The notes under the pieces: model-generated | What the model was told of the DNA's origin: nothing | The model's database searches: none | The model's input: only the letters and a program-made list of their open reading frames with translations | DNA from: a virus | Taxonomy: Duplodnaviria > Heunggongvirae > Uroviricota > Caudoviricetes | DNA length: 64,000 nt | Strand: one strand, 5' to 3' | IMG/VR virus record: IMGVR_UViG_2711768193_000009 | Shown here: positions 41,248 to 50,623 of the stretch, piece by piece | Position numbering within the stretch: the first letter of the stretch is position 1 | Layout of the letters: every line of letters begins with the position of its first letter | Made by a program: the position numbers and the translations under genes

Positions 41248-41820
41248 ATGTGCGAAAAATGCAAAAAAACTAATGCCAAAGTTGAAAACGTGATTAAAAA
41301 AGTTGGTGCGGCCGAACTGGTTGAGATCATGGGTCTTGTGGTTGGTCACGAAGACGACGCCTCCCCTATCGACCGCCTTTTCAGCGTTCTCAAGTTCTCA
41401 AGCATGATTGATGATCCGATTGAAATTGTGATGCTGGCGCGTCATTTCGGCGAAGCGTATCTGGAAGAGAAAGAACGCGCCGACAAACTTCAGGCAACTC
41501 TGGAAATGGTAATCAAGCCGAAGTGCTCACCGGATTCAGTCAAGGCAGATGAAACCAACGCCAGCAAAGATCGTGAAATCGCCGGGCTGAAGTCTTCTCT
41601 GGCGATGTTGCTGGCCGCCTTCAAACTGATGTCTTCCCAGGCTGGGTTCAAAATGCCTGAGCTGAACAGCGACGATCCGATAGCCGTTCGCCATCTGCTG
41701 GGGGCAATGGCCGACCAGCTTGACGACACCAAGAGCCGTCTTGAAGACATGATGCGCGAGCTGACCCATCGCCACGACCTGAACAAACAGCCGCACAAAA
41801 CGCAGCACGTACACCACTAA
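41248..41820 (+). CDS. Hypothetical protein
   Basis: ATG 41248 after aaggaaaaaacacATG and AAACAACTTGTTTA operator. ORF track 41221. Confidence 0.5.
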   Translation: MCEKCKKTNAKVENVIKKVGAAELVEIMGLVVGHEDDASPIDRLFSVLKFSSMIDDPIEIVMLARHFGEAYLEEKERADKLQATLEMVIKPKCSPDSVKADETNASKDREIAGLKSSLAMLLAAFKLMSSQAGFKMPELNSDDPIAVRHLLGAMADQLDDTKSRLEDMMRELTHRHDLNKQPHKTQHVHH

Positions 41821-41835
41821 TATCTCACCTGCCGA

Positions 41836-41860
41836 CAGGGGGCGAAAGCCCCCTTTTTTA
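41836..41860. terminator. Rho-independent terminator
   Basis: cagggggcgaaagccccctttttta. Confidence 0.75.
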
Positions 41861-41961
41861 CGCCTTAAATCAGCTGCAACGCCTGTGAATGCTGCTTTTA
41901 CGCCTTTTCAACTTTGGGAAAATAACACCAACAAGAAAACAATTTGTTTAATGGTGCAATC

Positions 41962-43650
41962 ATGAATACAGCCCTTTCCATCATTGACGCTATCACCCCA
42001 AACACTGATATCGACTACCGGCAGGAAATGAACGTCATCCACGAAATTGTGGCCGAGTGCGAGAAAGAGATCGCATTCATGCATCAGGTTCACGACTTCG
42101 TTTATGGCGACGAACGCCACAACATGATTAACCGCCTGCTGCGACTCAACCACCGGCCGGATGACGAGCGCACACGCTTTAACAGAGCCTGGCTGGACAA
42201 GGTCGACCTTGAATGGGTGAAACAGAATATCTGGGCCGAGTACTGGAAGAAGGTCACGGATATGACAAACGTTCTGCTGATCATGCCAGCTTCCCGCCGC
42301 GACGAGTGGCGTGAGCAGTTTATCGAGGGCAAGCAGGAGACCATCAGGACTGACAGAACCGGCTACCAGATGAAGGTTAAGGAGTTCGTTGGTGTGCCGG
42401 AGTTCAAAGCAGAAACGGTCATCCCCACGATGCTCAATCTGCTGAATGACAGGCACAAATATCTCTCTGAGCGCGTGTATGGCTTGTTTAAGGCGCTGAG
42501 TCCTGCCCACAAGACCAATAAGACGAACGGCTTTAGCGAGCGTCTGATCATCGCCAACTGCATTTCCGAGTTCTGGCGGGACAGCGTCAGCGTGAACTAC
42601 CGAAAAGAGGACTACATCGACGACCTGCGCGTCATGCTTCATTTCTTCGCGCACAAAGAGTTCATCACCATCAACCGCACAACTGAGATGCTATCTGCTG
42701 CGTACCGGGCAAACGACTGCCAGACCGGTGACTGGATGAATGTCGACGGAAACCTGATGCGCGTGAAGATGTTCAAGAACGGCAACGTTCACTTTGAAAT
42801 ACATCCTGACGTGGCCTGGAAGCTGAATGAGGTGCTGGCTTACAGTATGCCTGCAGCAATCCCGGCGCCATGCCGTACTGCACCCAAAACACGGGCACCA
42901 AAAGAGTTCGGGTTAATCCAGAAGACGATCTCCGAGCCGGTTCGTACCGCGCTGCGCGACGGGCGATTCAACAAAGACAAAGGCGTCTGGTACTTCTCTG
43001 ATTCCAACCTCCAGAAGTCGCAAGTGGAAGAGCTTGAGCGCACACTGAACTTCATTGGCGGCGTACAGGAGAAAAAGCACTGGCAGTTCCCGTATGAGAT
43101 CGGCCATACGCTCAATACGATTGTGGCCACCGGCTTAATGCCGGATACAAAATCACACCAGTTCTACCCTACCCCACGTTTGATAGCTGAGTACGTTGCC
43201 AGAGCCATCGAGCTGAAGCCAGGTGAGAAGCTGCTGGAGCCTGAAGCCGGGCGTGGAGATCTGCTGGCCTGCATCGACGCTAATCCGGAAGACGTTACCT
43301 GCATAGAAGTCGCACCTCTCTTCGCTGATATCCTGCTTGGCAAGGGGTACACAAATACGGTCTGCTGCGACTTCATGAAGTGGTCTGAGGACAACGCAGG
43401 CTATCAGTTTGACAAAATCGTCATGAACCCGCCCTACTCTCTTGGCCGTCACAGAGAGCATACGCTGGCCGCGCTGGAGCATCTGAAAGTCGGCGGGCGA
43501 CTGGTGGCAGTACTGCCTGGTAATGCGCCAGTTCTGAACTGGATGGCGCTGGATAATTACGTTTATGCCAAAGGGAAGTCGTTTACTGACGAGTTTGAAG
43601 ACACCGGAATCACTGTAAGCGTATACGTTTTCAAACGCGTAAAACGATAG
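41962..43650 (+). CDS. Two-domain protein: ~400-aa unknown N-terminal region + C-terminal gamma-class N6-adenine DNA methyltransferase domain
   Basis: C-terminal motif I LLEPEAGRGDLL and motif IV IVMNPPYS. Preceded by full motif ATAACACCAACAAGAAAACAATTTGTTTA. Confidence 0.6.
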   Translation: MNTALSIIDAITPNTDIDYRQEMNVIHEIVAECEKEIAFMHQVHDFVYGDERHNMINRLLRLNHRPDDERTRFNRAWLDKVDLEWVKQNIWAEYWKKVTDMTNVLLIMPASRRDEWREQFIEGKQETIRTDRTGYQMKVKEFVGVPEFKAETVIPTMLNLLNDRHKYLSERVYGLFKALSPAHKTNKTNGFSERLIIANCISEFWRDSVSVNYRKEDYIDDLRVMLHFFAHKEFITINRTTEMLSAAYRANDCQTGDWMNVDGNLMRVKMFKNGNVHFEIHPDVAWKLNEVLAYSMPAAIPAPCRTAPKTRAPKEFGLIQKTISEPVRTALRDGRFNKDKGVWYFSDSNLQKSQVEELERTLNFIGGVQEKKHWQFPYEIGHTLNTIVATGLMPDTKSHQFYPTPRLIAEYVARAIELKPGEKLLEPEAGRGDLLACIDANPEDVTCIEVAPLFADILLGKGYTNTVCCDFMKWSEDNAGYQFDKIVMNPPYSLGRHREHTLAALEHLKVGGRLVAVLPGNAPVLNWMALDNYVYAKGKSFTDEFEDTGITVSVYVFKRVKR

Positions 43651-43705
43651 GTAAATACTTACCTAATTTATGTAAGAATAGAGCCACTTTATCAGAGGTG
43701 AACAC

Positions 43706-44395
43706 ATGAGCGAAAAATCGAGAATTACATTCGCCAGCGTTAATCAGGCGAAGCTGCCATTTAATTTAGTGCTACAGGGGAACGAAGGAACGCCTGCCGG
43801 AACCATCAAAATCGACAAGGAGCTTGTGACGTTCGAAGGTAACTTTGATGAATCGGCGCAGGTTTTTATCGAACATCTGGCACGCCGTTGGAGCCAGCAG
43901 TGGAGAGACCTTGAGAAACGCGCCAATGAGTTCGACCGGTTCATGGACGCAATGGACACAGCAAAAGAGGCTCTGTCTGTCGGCACTCCGTTAGATCTGG
44001 AGTCGCTTTTCAAAGGAGAAATGGCCTCTGCGATGTTTGCCACCATGTTCGCAGGTGAGTTCGTCCGCAGCGGCGCTAGAAACTACCTGGAGCTGGGGTA
44101 CAACGTTCCTGAAATGGGCGAGTTTACCGTCACCATCCAGCGCAAAGAGGGCAAGACGCCAGGCGAACGTATCGCTGAACTTGAGGCCGTTGTTGATCAG
44201 CGTAACGGCGAGTGTGTTCGTTTGATCAACGAACGTGATGCGCTGCGCGAAGAGCAGCTAAACAAAGGCTCGAACACACGCGCGGCCGCAGACATCTACT
44301 TTCAGTTAGTTGAGGAATGCCAGATCCCACCAGGCGGCTCTTTGGTTGAGTATGTCCGCGAATTGCAGGATAAAGCAGAGAGGTGCGCGGCATGA
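43706..44395 (+). CDS. Hypothetical protein
   Basis: 229-aa ORF. Confidence 0.45.
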   Translation: MSEKSRITFASVNQAKLPFNLVLQGNEGTPAGTIKIDKELVTFEGNFDESAQVFIEHLARRWSQQWRDLEKRANEFDRFMDAMDTAKEALSVGTPLDLESLFKGEMASAMFATMFAGEFVRSGARNYLELGYNVPEMGEFTVTIQRKEGKTPGERIAELEAVVDQRNGECVRLINERDALREEQLNKGSNTRAAADIYFQLVEECQIPPGGSLVEYVRELQDKAERCAA

Positions 44396-44673
44396 ATGAT
44401 CTGCCTGTCGAGCGCGTCTCCGCTTTTGTTAAGTCCCCGCTGGATAATCCCCTCACCCGCGGTGAGCAGATGGAGCTGGCAAGGTGGTTTCTGCATATCC
44501 GTGAGCAGATGGAAGTTTTTAAACAGTTGCCGGATCTGCCCATTACAGACGGCCATGTTCAGCAGGTGATTAACAGCCACGAAAAAGGCTGGGCGATGAT
44601 TGTGCCGTGCAAAATTACCTACGAGCTGGCTAAGGAAGTGCAGGCTAACAGAGCAAGGAGCAAGGAAGAGTAA
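44383..44673 (+). CDS. Hypothetical protein
   Basis: 96-aa ORF overlapping the upstream stop. Confidence 0.4.
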   Translation: MRGMNDLPVERVSAFVKSPLDNPLTRGEQMELARWFLHIREQMEVFKQLPDLPITDGHVQQVINSHEKGWAMIVPCKITYELAKEVQANRARSKEE

Positions 44674-44675
44674 CT

Positions 44676-45047
44676 ATGAAGTTGGGTAATGCCGTTTCGC
44701 TGTTTTTTACAGCATTACTGGAAGGTTTTAATTATCGCTTTTGTCCGGTCTGGGATAAGGCGCTGGATACGCTTATTGAGGAAGGAACGCTGCTTGAGGT
44801 GCGAAATGGGATCGCTCTGTTTGAGCGCGATGCCCAGCTATATGAAGTGTTCGTCGGGGCTGGCTTCAACCACTTCGGGCATCTTATTAGCTTGAATACC
44901 AAATCCATCGACGAGAGCGTCATGCGCCGTCCGTCGTTCCGTGTAATGGATAAGCTGCAACGTCATGTAAATGCCGAATTACTACGCGTAGCCAAAGAAA
45001 AAGAACGAGAGCTACAGGCGATGATTGGATCGCTTATCGCTGAGTAA
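44676..45047 (+). CDS. Hypothetical protein
   Basis: 123-aa ORF. Confidence 0.4.
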   Translation: MKLGNAVSLFFTALLEGFNYRFCPVWDKALDTLIEEGTLLEVRNGIALFERDAQLYEVFVGAGFNHFGHLISLNTKSIDESVMRRPSFRVMDKLQRHVNAELLRVAKEKERELQAMIGSLIAE

Positions 45048-45048
45048 A

Positions 45049-45070
45049 TAAAGGCCACTATTGTGGCCTT
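45049..45070. terminator. Terminator hairpin (AGGCCAC...GTGGCCT family)
   Basis: aaaggccactattgtggccttt. Confidence 0.6.
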
Positions 45071-45138
45071 TAACAATTTGTTTTCTACCTTTTCTTATCT
45101 GTGAAAATAACTACATCCAGAAAACAACGGAGTTAAGA

Positions 45139-45780
45139 ATGTCCCGTATTTCCAAAGCCCATATGTTTGCCGCTGGCGCTCATGGCGGCGTTGGCCAGAA
45201 AAGAAAATATACCGGTGAAGACTACATCAACCACCCGGTTGCAGTCCGCGAGATTGTTGCCTGGCATGGTGGAACCGTGGAGATGCAGATCGCGGCGCTG
45301 CTGCATGATGTGGTCGAAGACACCCATGTCACCATAGAGATGGTTCGTGGGCACTTCGGTGAGCACGTAGCCGAAATGGTTCTGGCTCTGACCAACATTG
45401 CCAGACCAGAAGACGGCAATCGAATACAGCGCTTCATCATCAACGTCCGGGAGCTGGAGCAAAGCCTCGACATGCAGACGCGCATGATCAAGCTGGCTGA
45501 CCTGCTGGACAATACCTCTTCTATCGTGAGTCGCGACCCTGAGTTCTCAGCCATCTACCTCGCAGAGAAAGAGCTGATGCTGGCCGTACTCTTTGACGGC
45601 AAGGAGATTGGTGCCGATGCCGGTGTTGTCGAGTACCTGGAGAAAAAAGGCATAGAGCATTCGTTGCTGATAAACGCCCGGGCGATGGTGACGAAAGGCA
45701 TTGCCAGTCTGCAACCGGTACACACCAAACGTTATGAAAAACACAAAGCGCTGATCTGGGGCGCGTGGGAGGCTGCATGA
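45139..45780 (+). CDS. HD-domain phosphohydrolase, RelA/SpoT-type (p)ppGpp hydrolase-like (small alarmone hydrolase)
   Basis: AHGGVGQKRKYTGEDYINHP...AALLHDVVEDT matches the SpoT/Mesh1 HD hydrolase signature. ATG 45139. ORF track 45061 TTG. Confidence 0.65.
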   Translation: MSRISKAHMFAAGAHGGVGQKRKYTGEDYINHPVAVREIVAWHGGTVEMQIAALLHDVVEDTHVTIEMVRGHFGEHVAEMVLALTNIARPEDGNRIQRFIINVRELEQSLDMQTRMIKLADLLDNTSSIVSRDPEFSAIYLAEKELMLAVLFDGKEIGADAGVVEYLEKKGIEHSLLINARAMVTKGIASLQPVHTKRYEKHKALIWGAWEAA

Positions 45781-46328
45781 AGGTCGAAAAAATAGATGTT
45801 CTTTCCTTTGTGCTGACGGATCTGGAGCGTCTCGACCCGGTACGCGTAATGATTGAAAACTACGAGCCGGGCAAGGGAAGAGTCACCATCACCTGCTATG
45901 GGAAAGCATGGACTGCTGCCTGGTTCGCGATGGGCGGTGATGACGTGCAGACGTTTATTAAGAGAGTGAGCAACGATTATTTGATTGGTTGCCTCGACCC
46001 TCAATTGCTGAGTACGGTCGACGATGACAACGACGCAAACCTGCTTTTCGTAAAGTCCGAAATCATAAAGTTGCGCAGGGAGAAAGAAATCGACGCAGAA
46101 CAGGCCCGCAATATGTGGGACGAGGCAGAAAACGCTGATGACGTAAAAGAAAGTTGCTGCTGTTTCGGTGTCGGCAACGAACTGCTGAGTCTGTTTGGTG
46201 ACGATCCGTGGTATGCCGGTTGGCCAACGGTGCCAAACCCCAGATACCAATACCTGGAACGTATCGTGAACGCGGTACGTGATGGGCTGAAAGCGCTTGA
46301 CGATCAAGCGAGAGAAGCAGTCGGTTAA
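45777..46328 (+). CDS. Hypothetical protein
   Basis: ATG overlaps the upstream stop (ATGA). Confidence 0.4.
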   Translation: MKVEKIDVLSFVLTDLERLDPVRVMIENYEPGKGRVTITCYGKAWTAAWFAMGGDDVQTFIKRVSNDYLIGCLDPQLLSTVDDDNDANLLFVKSEIIKLRREKEIDAEQARNMWDEAENADDVKESCCCFGVGNELLSLFGDDPWYAGWPTVPNPRYQYLERIVNAVRDGLKALDDQAREAVG

Positions 46329-46360
46329 GTGTTATAGTCAGGCGCTTTTATATTTATGGA

Positions 46361-47065
46361 GTGAATATGAAAAATATCCTACTGGCATCATTGTTGGTAG
46401 CATCGCCGGCTGCTTTTGCAGCCAGCTTTGACTGCCAAAAGGCTTCGACAGAAATCGAACACAAAATCTGTGACAACGAACGCCTGTCAAAATTAGACGA
46501 ACAACTTAGCGCAACCTATTCCAGCGCGCTCAAGGCTAACCCAGAAAATGCAGACACCCTAAAGACGGTTCAACGTCAGTGGATAAATATGCGTGGAAGA
46601 CTCACTGATGATAAGGCTCTTGAGCTGGCTTATCTTATCCAAATTAATGGACTCAAGGGGTTGGATGGTTCGGCCAGCACAGCGGTGGTCAATGAGACAC
46701 CGAAGCCGGTGCAGAAGCAGCCTGAAGTTCAGGAAAAGACAAGCAAGGCAGACGCAAAGCAGGCTAAGAGCGGTGATGAGCTAACTCTGGAGTCATTCCG
46801 AGCTAAGTATATTGAAGTTGACGGTGAATACTACAGCACGACATCCCTTCCCAGAGGGAGTTCGTTCTTATTCACCTGCGCCAGTCGCATTGCCGATGAC
46901 CAAGTTAATGTCTGGAAGAAGTACGCAGCAAAAGAGGGCAAGATCGACCTTTTCTTTGAGCTTGAGACTCGAATACACACCGCGATGCTGAATGCCAATT
47001 TTCAGAAGCTGAATAGTGATTTAACTAAAACAGGCATTTGCGATCTGATTACCGCTATTCCGTAA
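46361..47065 (+). CDS. Secreted protein with N-terminal DUF1311/LprI-like domain
   Basis: Signal peptide, then FDCQKASTEIEHKICDNERLSKLDEQLSATY pattern typical of DUF1311. Confidence 0.5.
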   Translation: MNMKNILLASLLVASPAAFAASFDCQKASTEIEHKICDNERLSKLDEQLSATYSSALKANPENADTLKTVQRQWINMRGRLTDDKALELAYLIQINGLKGLDGSASTAVVNETPKPVQKQPEVQEKTSKADAKQAKSGDELTLESFRAKYIEVDGEYYSTTSLPRGSSFLFTCASRIADDQVNVWKKYAAKEGKIDLFFELETRIHTAMLNANFQKLNSDLTKTGICDLITAIP

Positions 47066-47072
47066 GCCAGAT

Positions 47073-47093
47073 AAGGCCACTATTTGTGGCCTT
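47073..47093. terminator. Terminator hairpin (AGGCCAC...GTGGCCT family)
   Basis: aaggccactatttgtggcctt. Confidence 0.6.
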
Positions 47094-47120
47094 AAACAAT
47101 TTGTTTTATAGGTGGTGAAA

Positions 47121-47324
47121 TTAATGGAACCCCAGGCGAACTAAATCCATTGGGCAGAACAGACCCTTCACACCTTCGATAGACACGCAGTCAGAACGGC
47201 GTAATTGTTCTTCTGATTTGCCTTCTCCGCAGATTTCCTTGATGACTCCCGTTGCACCATTCGTTGCCACCATCACTCGGCTGCCGGTAGTGATAGCGTT
47301 ACGGTTGCGATCATAGGTCTTCAT
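47121..47324 (-). CDS. Small protein with strong RBS
   Basis: 67 aa. aggagg RBS 7 nt upstream of ATG on the minus strand. Flanked by AAACAATTTGTTT palindromes on both sides. Confidence 0.45.
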   Translation of the reverse strand: MKTYDRNRNAITTGSRVMVATNGATGVIKEICGEGKSEEQLRRSDCVSIEGVKGLFCPMDLVRLGFH

Positions 47325-47479
47325 CGTTTCCTCCTTTCACTTGGGTCAAATCAGGTTTCAAAAATTGCCGCTTTTCATGTATGTGCGGTTTGCAAAATCT
47401 CAAGTTCCGAAACAAATTGTTTTCACCACCTTGTTATTCAATTAACCAGTAAAGTTGACCAGTACCGTAAAAAATACTA

Positions 47480-47499
47480 CTGTTTATACATACAGTGTT
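47480..47499. promoter_or_regulatory. LexA (SOS) box, identical 20-mer to 405..424
   Basis: tactgtttatacatacagtg, 12 bp upstream of the ATG at 47511. Confidence 0.6.
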
Positions 47500-47510
47500 G
47501 AGGGTGAACA

Positions 47511-47777
47511 ATGGGTAGCAAGAATTCCAAATATGAGATCGTCTATAGAGGCGAAGCACTCAAACACCTGATACCAGGACAGTTCGTTTTCTTCCAACGT
47601 GAAAAAGAATACGGTGGGGGATTCTGGCTTGGCAAAACGCATGATGATGGGTTCGAATTTGTGCTGGAGCAACCCACTTCACTTAGTTACGGGCTTGCGT
47701 ATCTGATCAGTCTGTCTAGTGTCGAAGCCAGGTATATGGAGTTTGTTGATGACATAGACGACTTCAAACTCACCTAA
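47511..47777 (+). CDS. Small SOS-box-preceded protein (candidate DNA-damage-induced antirepressor)
   Basis: 88-aa ORF directly downstream of the LexA box. No recognisable domain. Confidence 0.45.
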   Translation: MGSKNSKYEIVYRGEALKHLIPGQFVFFQREKEYGGGFWLGKTHDDGFEFVLEQPTSLSYGLAYLISLSSVEARYMEFVDDIDDFKLT

Positions 47778-47862
47778 TCATCCCTTAAACATCTTGTTTT
47801 CTGCCTTTTGTTATTTGAGATAATAACACCAACAAGAAAACAAGTTGTTTAAGGAGCTAATC

Positions 47863-48099
47863 ATGTTCGGAACCGCAAAAGATATCATCGAAAAGCTGGA
47901 GAACTACCCAGAAGACGAGCCGCTGCTGATGGTGATGTGGCACAAGGAAGATGTAGGTGAAGTGCGACCAGACCTGACTGACGAACAGTGCGTTCAGGTT
48001 TTGCGAAAAATCAAAGAGTGCCATGACGCCAGCGTCGGCGTGAATTGGGATGTCATTTCTGACACGGCCGACATTCTGTTTCCAAAGGAGAAGGCATGA
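47863..48099 (+). CDS. Hypothetical small protein
   Basis: ATG 47863 after full motif TAATAACACCAACAAGAAAACAAGTTGTTTAAGGAG. Confidence 0.5.
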   Translation: MFGTAKDIIEKLENYPEDEPLLMVMWHKEDVGEVRPDLTDEQCVQVLRKIKECHDASVGVNWDVISDTADILFPKEKA

Positions 48100-48416
48100 T
48101 GCTGAAAATCACCGAATCGTATAAGACGGCGGTGATCAGCACCGCCCACGTAACGGCAGCGGATTCAGAACGGCTACCCATTGCCTGCTTCGACCCACTT
48201 ACTGATCGCGGGTTAAATTGGGTACACGGTACACAGTATGGCTGGATTGTTCGTGCTGGAGTGCGAGGGAATGACTGGAAAGAAGAGTTGCGTGAGTATG
48301 GTATTTCCGAAGAGACGATCTCAAACATACAGACCATAGTGGATGCCGGCTTTGATGCGGTTCACTTCGATTGCGACGCCGAGCTGGTGGATGGGCTGCC
48401 TGCCTGGGACTGGTAA
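48096..48416 (+). CDS. Hypothetical protein
   Basis: 106 aa. ATGA overlap with upstream gene. Confidence 0.45.
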   Translation: MMLKITESYKTAVISTAHVTAADSERLPIACFDPLTDRGLNWVHGTQYGWIVRAGVRGNDWKEELREYGISEETISNIQTIVDAGFDAVHFDCDAELVDGLPAWDW

Positions 48417-48453
48417 TTATCGTGCGTCCAAATTGTGGACGCACGATCTTTAG

Positions 48454-48759
48454 TCATTCGAACTCTTCTGGCAGGGGGAAGTCCTCATAGCCTGCGTACA
48501 TCGCGTAACCGCTATAATTTGCATATCTACCCCGTGAGCCTCCGTTGGAAGGTGTAAAACTCGAACCTCTGAGATTTCTTTTGTGGCGACTGGTGATTAG
48601 TCTGTTATTACTCATTATCTCGCCAATATATTTTCCGTATCTGTCAAAGACGTTATCACCGGAAAATTTGCCAACATGCTTTCCTCTATAGGTATATAGA
48701 TTGTTATTGCTGATGTAGCCGAAGTACTTCCCTTTCCACGTCCAAACGCTCGTACTCAT
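48454..48759 (-). CDS. Hypothetical Gly/Tyr/Asn-repeat protein
   Basis: 101 aa with repeated G-K-Y/F motifs. Confidence 0.35.
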   Translation of the reverse strand: MSTSVWTWKGKYFGYISNNNLYTYRGKHVGKFSGDNVFDRYGKYIGEIMSNNRLITSRHKRNLRGSSFTPSNGGSRGRYANYSGYAMYAGYEDFPLPEEFE

Positions 48760-49215
48760 AACAACTCCAGTTGTTGAGGGGGTATGACAACTATATTGAT
48801 ATTCAGAGCAATTACTACATCAACAATGTAGATTTCTATAAGAGTCCGTTGATCGCCACTTTCCCCACCTTTCCAACCTACCCCAGCCTAGGCGTGACAA
48901 GGCATTTAAGCTAATTACACCCATAAGAAAACAAAAAAATAACACATCAACGAAAAGTCAACGCTTTCCCCTGATTTGGTCTAAAAAGTTGACGTTTTCG
49001 CACGCCATCTCTTATACCCTAAATCCTGCGCACCAGAATCCATCTCCCTGCGACCAAAACATCAAAAACGACTCGTGATACCACCCAAAAACAGACACAC
49101 TCAGAAGCGCTCCAGTTGCGTTATATTGGGTATCTAAACAAGTTGTTTTCAAGCATAAGAAAACAAGTTAACCACATCCACAGGAAACCCAGCGACGCCA
49201 TTACCCACAATCCCG

Positions 49216-49308
49216 AAAAGACCCACCTCTTCCTGTCAGGCTACCGAAAAGACCCACCTCATTGCCCCAGGCTACAGACCAACCACCTAATCTTCCCAGG
49301 CTACCGAG
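49216..49308. repeat. Three tandem ~31-bp repeats (aaaagacccacctc-N-caggctaccg)
   Basis: Read directly. A related 1.5 copies sits at 52266..52318. Confidence 0.75.
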
Positions 49309-49897
49309 AGCGCAGCTCGCGCACGCAAACCCCTACACGCCATTACCCAATACACGGAGAAGAACAGCCAGAACGAAACCCCGGACAAACCCAGACCAGA
49401 ACAGGAACCGTCGCCATCTCGCTTACCCACATTACCCCGGAAGAGAACGCAAATTCATGAATGGCAGGAACGCCATTACTTCATATGCGGAGAACAACTA
49501 AAGCGCCCTACTGCCATTACCCACACTTCCACCATTTCACGTAAACGGAGAGAAAAGCGCACCTGCCATTACTCAATACACGGAGAAGGAAACTCACCAA
49601 TACGACGAGAACAACCCAGACGAAAACACAAAGAAGAACCACCTCAAGAAGAACAAAACCACATACGCCGGCAGAGAGAACAAACCGCCCATTTCACCCA
49701 AAGGAATACTCGCCGTATAGAGCGTTATCGGGGGGAAGGTTTGCATATCCACAGGAGAGAAAATCCGTAGAGATTTAACTGGAGGTATAAGTGGGAAGGG
49801 GAAGAGGGGTATCGCTACTTTCTCCGTAGAAACTCAAGCCATAGTTTTCATCCCCCGTAATGTCTCTCTCCACCCCTTCGGTCAGCCTTCGGGCCAT

Positions 49898-50048
49898 CCA
49901 GGGAAAAGGCCATGTCCCTTTTCAGAAACGGGAGCGTCGCCGCAGGGAAAAGGCTGGAGGTTTTCAGGGAAACGGTGGGAGTGCCGTTATACGAACCGGG
50001 AAAAGGCTGGCTGCCGGTCGGGAAACGGGTACATCCCGGTACAGAGTG
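49898..50048. repeat. Three tandem ~50-bp repeats each carrying GGGAAAAGGCYRG and GGGAAACGG
   Basis: Read directly. Related GGGAA...GAAACGGCCAG repeats at 52962..53042. Confidence 0.7.
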
Positions 50049-50397
50049 AGGGATGGCTGCGGGAGCGGTGCGGGAAATCCTCGGGAGTGCGCCTTACTCT
50101 TCGCTCGCCTGAAAATCGCGGGGAGTGTCGTTCCCTCTTGTGCAGCTGCTGAACTCCATTCTGCCAGACCATCCTCGGGTCTCAAGCGATTTCAGTAGGT
50201 TTTCGGGGAGAAGAAAATTCTGCCCACCAGCCCTGCGGCGTGCGTAGAGCAGAATATCGTAAATACTGGCTCCCGTGTCGTTCCCGGATACTCACTGCCC
50301 AGCCTGGCTTTCCCGACATAAAATCCTTTTTCGCCTATGTCTTATTGCGATAATAACACCAATAAGAAAACAACGTGTTTAGACAAAGGAGAAACAC

Positions 50398-50619
50398 ATG
50401 TACAAGCATCTGAATATCAGCATCACACTCTGTGGCGAGGAAGCGTCCTCCGAGTGTGAGATCTCCCTCGATGACGTCATCCGCTCTCAGGATGTAGCTG
50501 GTCGCGTGGCGACGCTCATCTCTGAAGGATACAGAGAAGGGACGTTTGATTTCCATATCGAGGACAACCCAATGCCCGTCGCGTGGAACTGCACGACGTC
50601 AGAAACGAAGTTAGGGTGA
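50398..50619 (+). CDS. Small hypothetical protein (operator-preceded cassette gene 1)
   Basis: ATG after TAATAACACCAATAAGAAAACAACGTGTTTAGACAAAGGAG. Confidence 0.5.
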   Translation: MYKHLNISITLCGEEASSECEISLDDVIRSQDVAGRVATLISEGYREGTFDFHIEDNPMPVAWNCTTSETKLG

Positions 50620-50623
50620 AGAG

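Larger units (their letters stand above)
48760..50390. repeat. 1.6-kb ORF-free region with multiple tandem-repeat families and strong A+C strand skew
   Basis: No credible ORF. Repeats gccattacccaca (x4-5), 31-bp AAAAGACCCACCTC-N7-CAGGCTACCG (x3), ~50-bp GGGAAAAGGCYRG...GGGAAACGG (x3). 49190-49700 is almost devoid of T/G on the plus strand. Confidence 0.7.

Noticed and set aside
49216-50048. CRISPR array or coding tandem-repeat protein
   Set aside because: Repeat units are heterogeneous in length (31, ~50 bp), lack constant spacer lengths, and ORFs across them (49116..49460, 49262..49501, 49860..50198) are low-complexity artefacts of the repeats.
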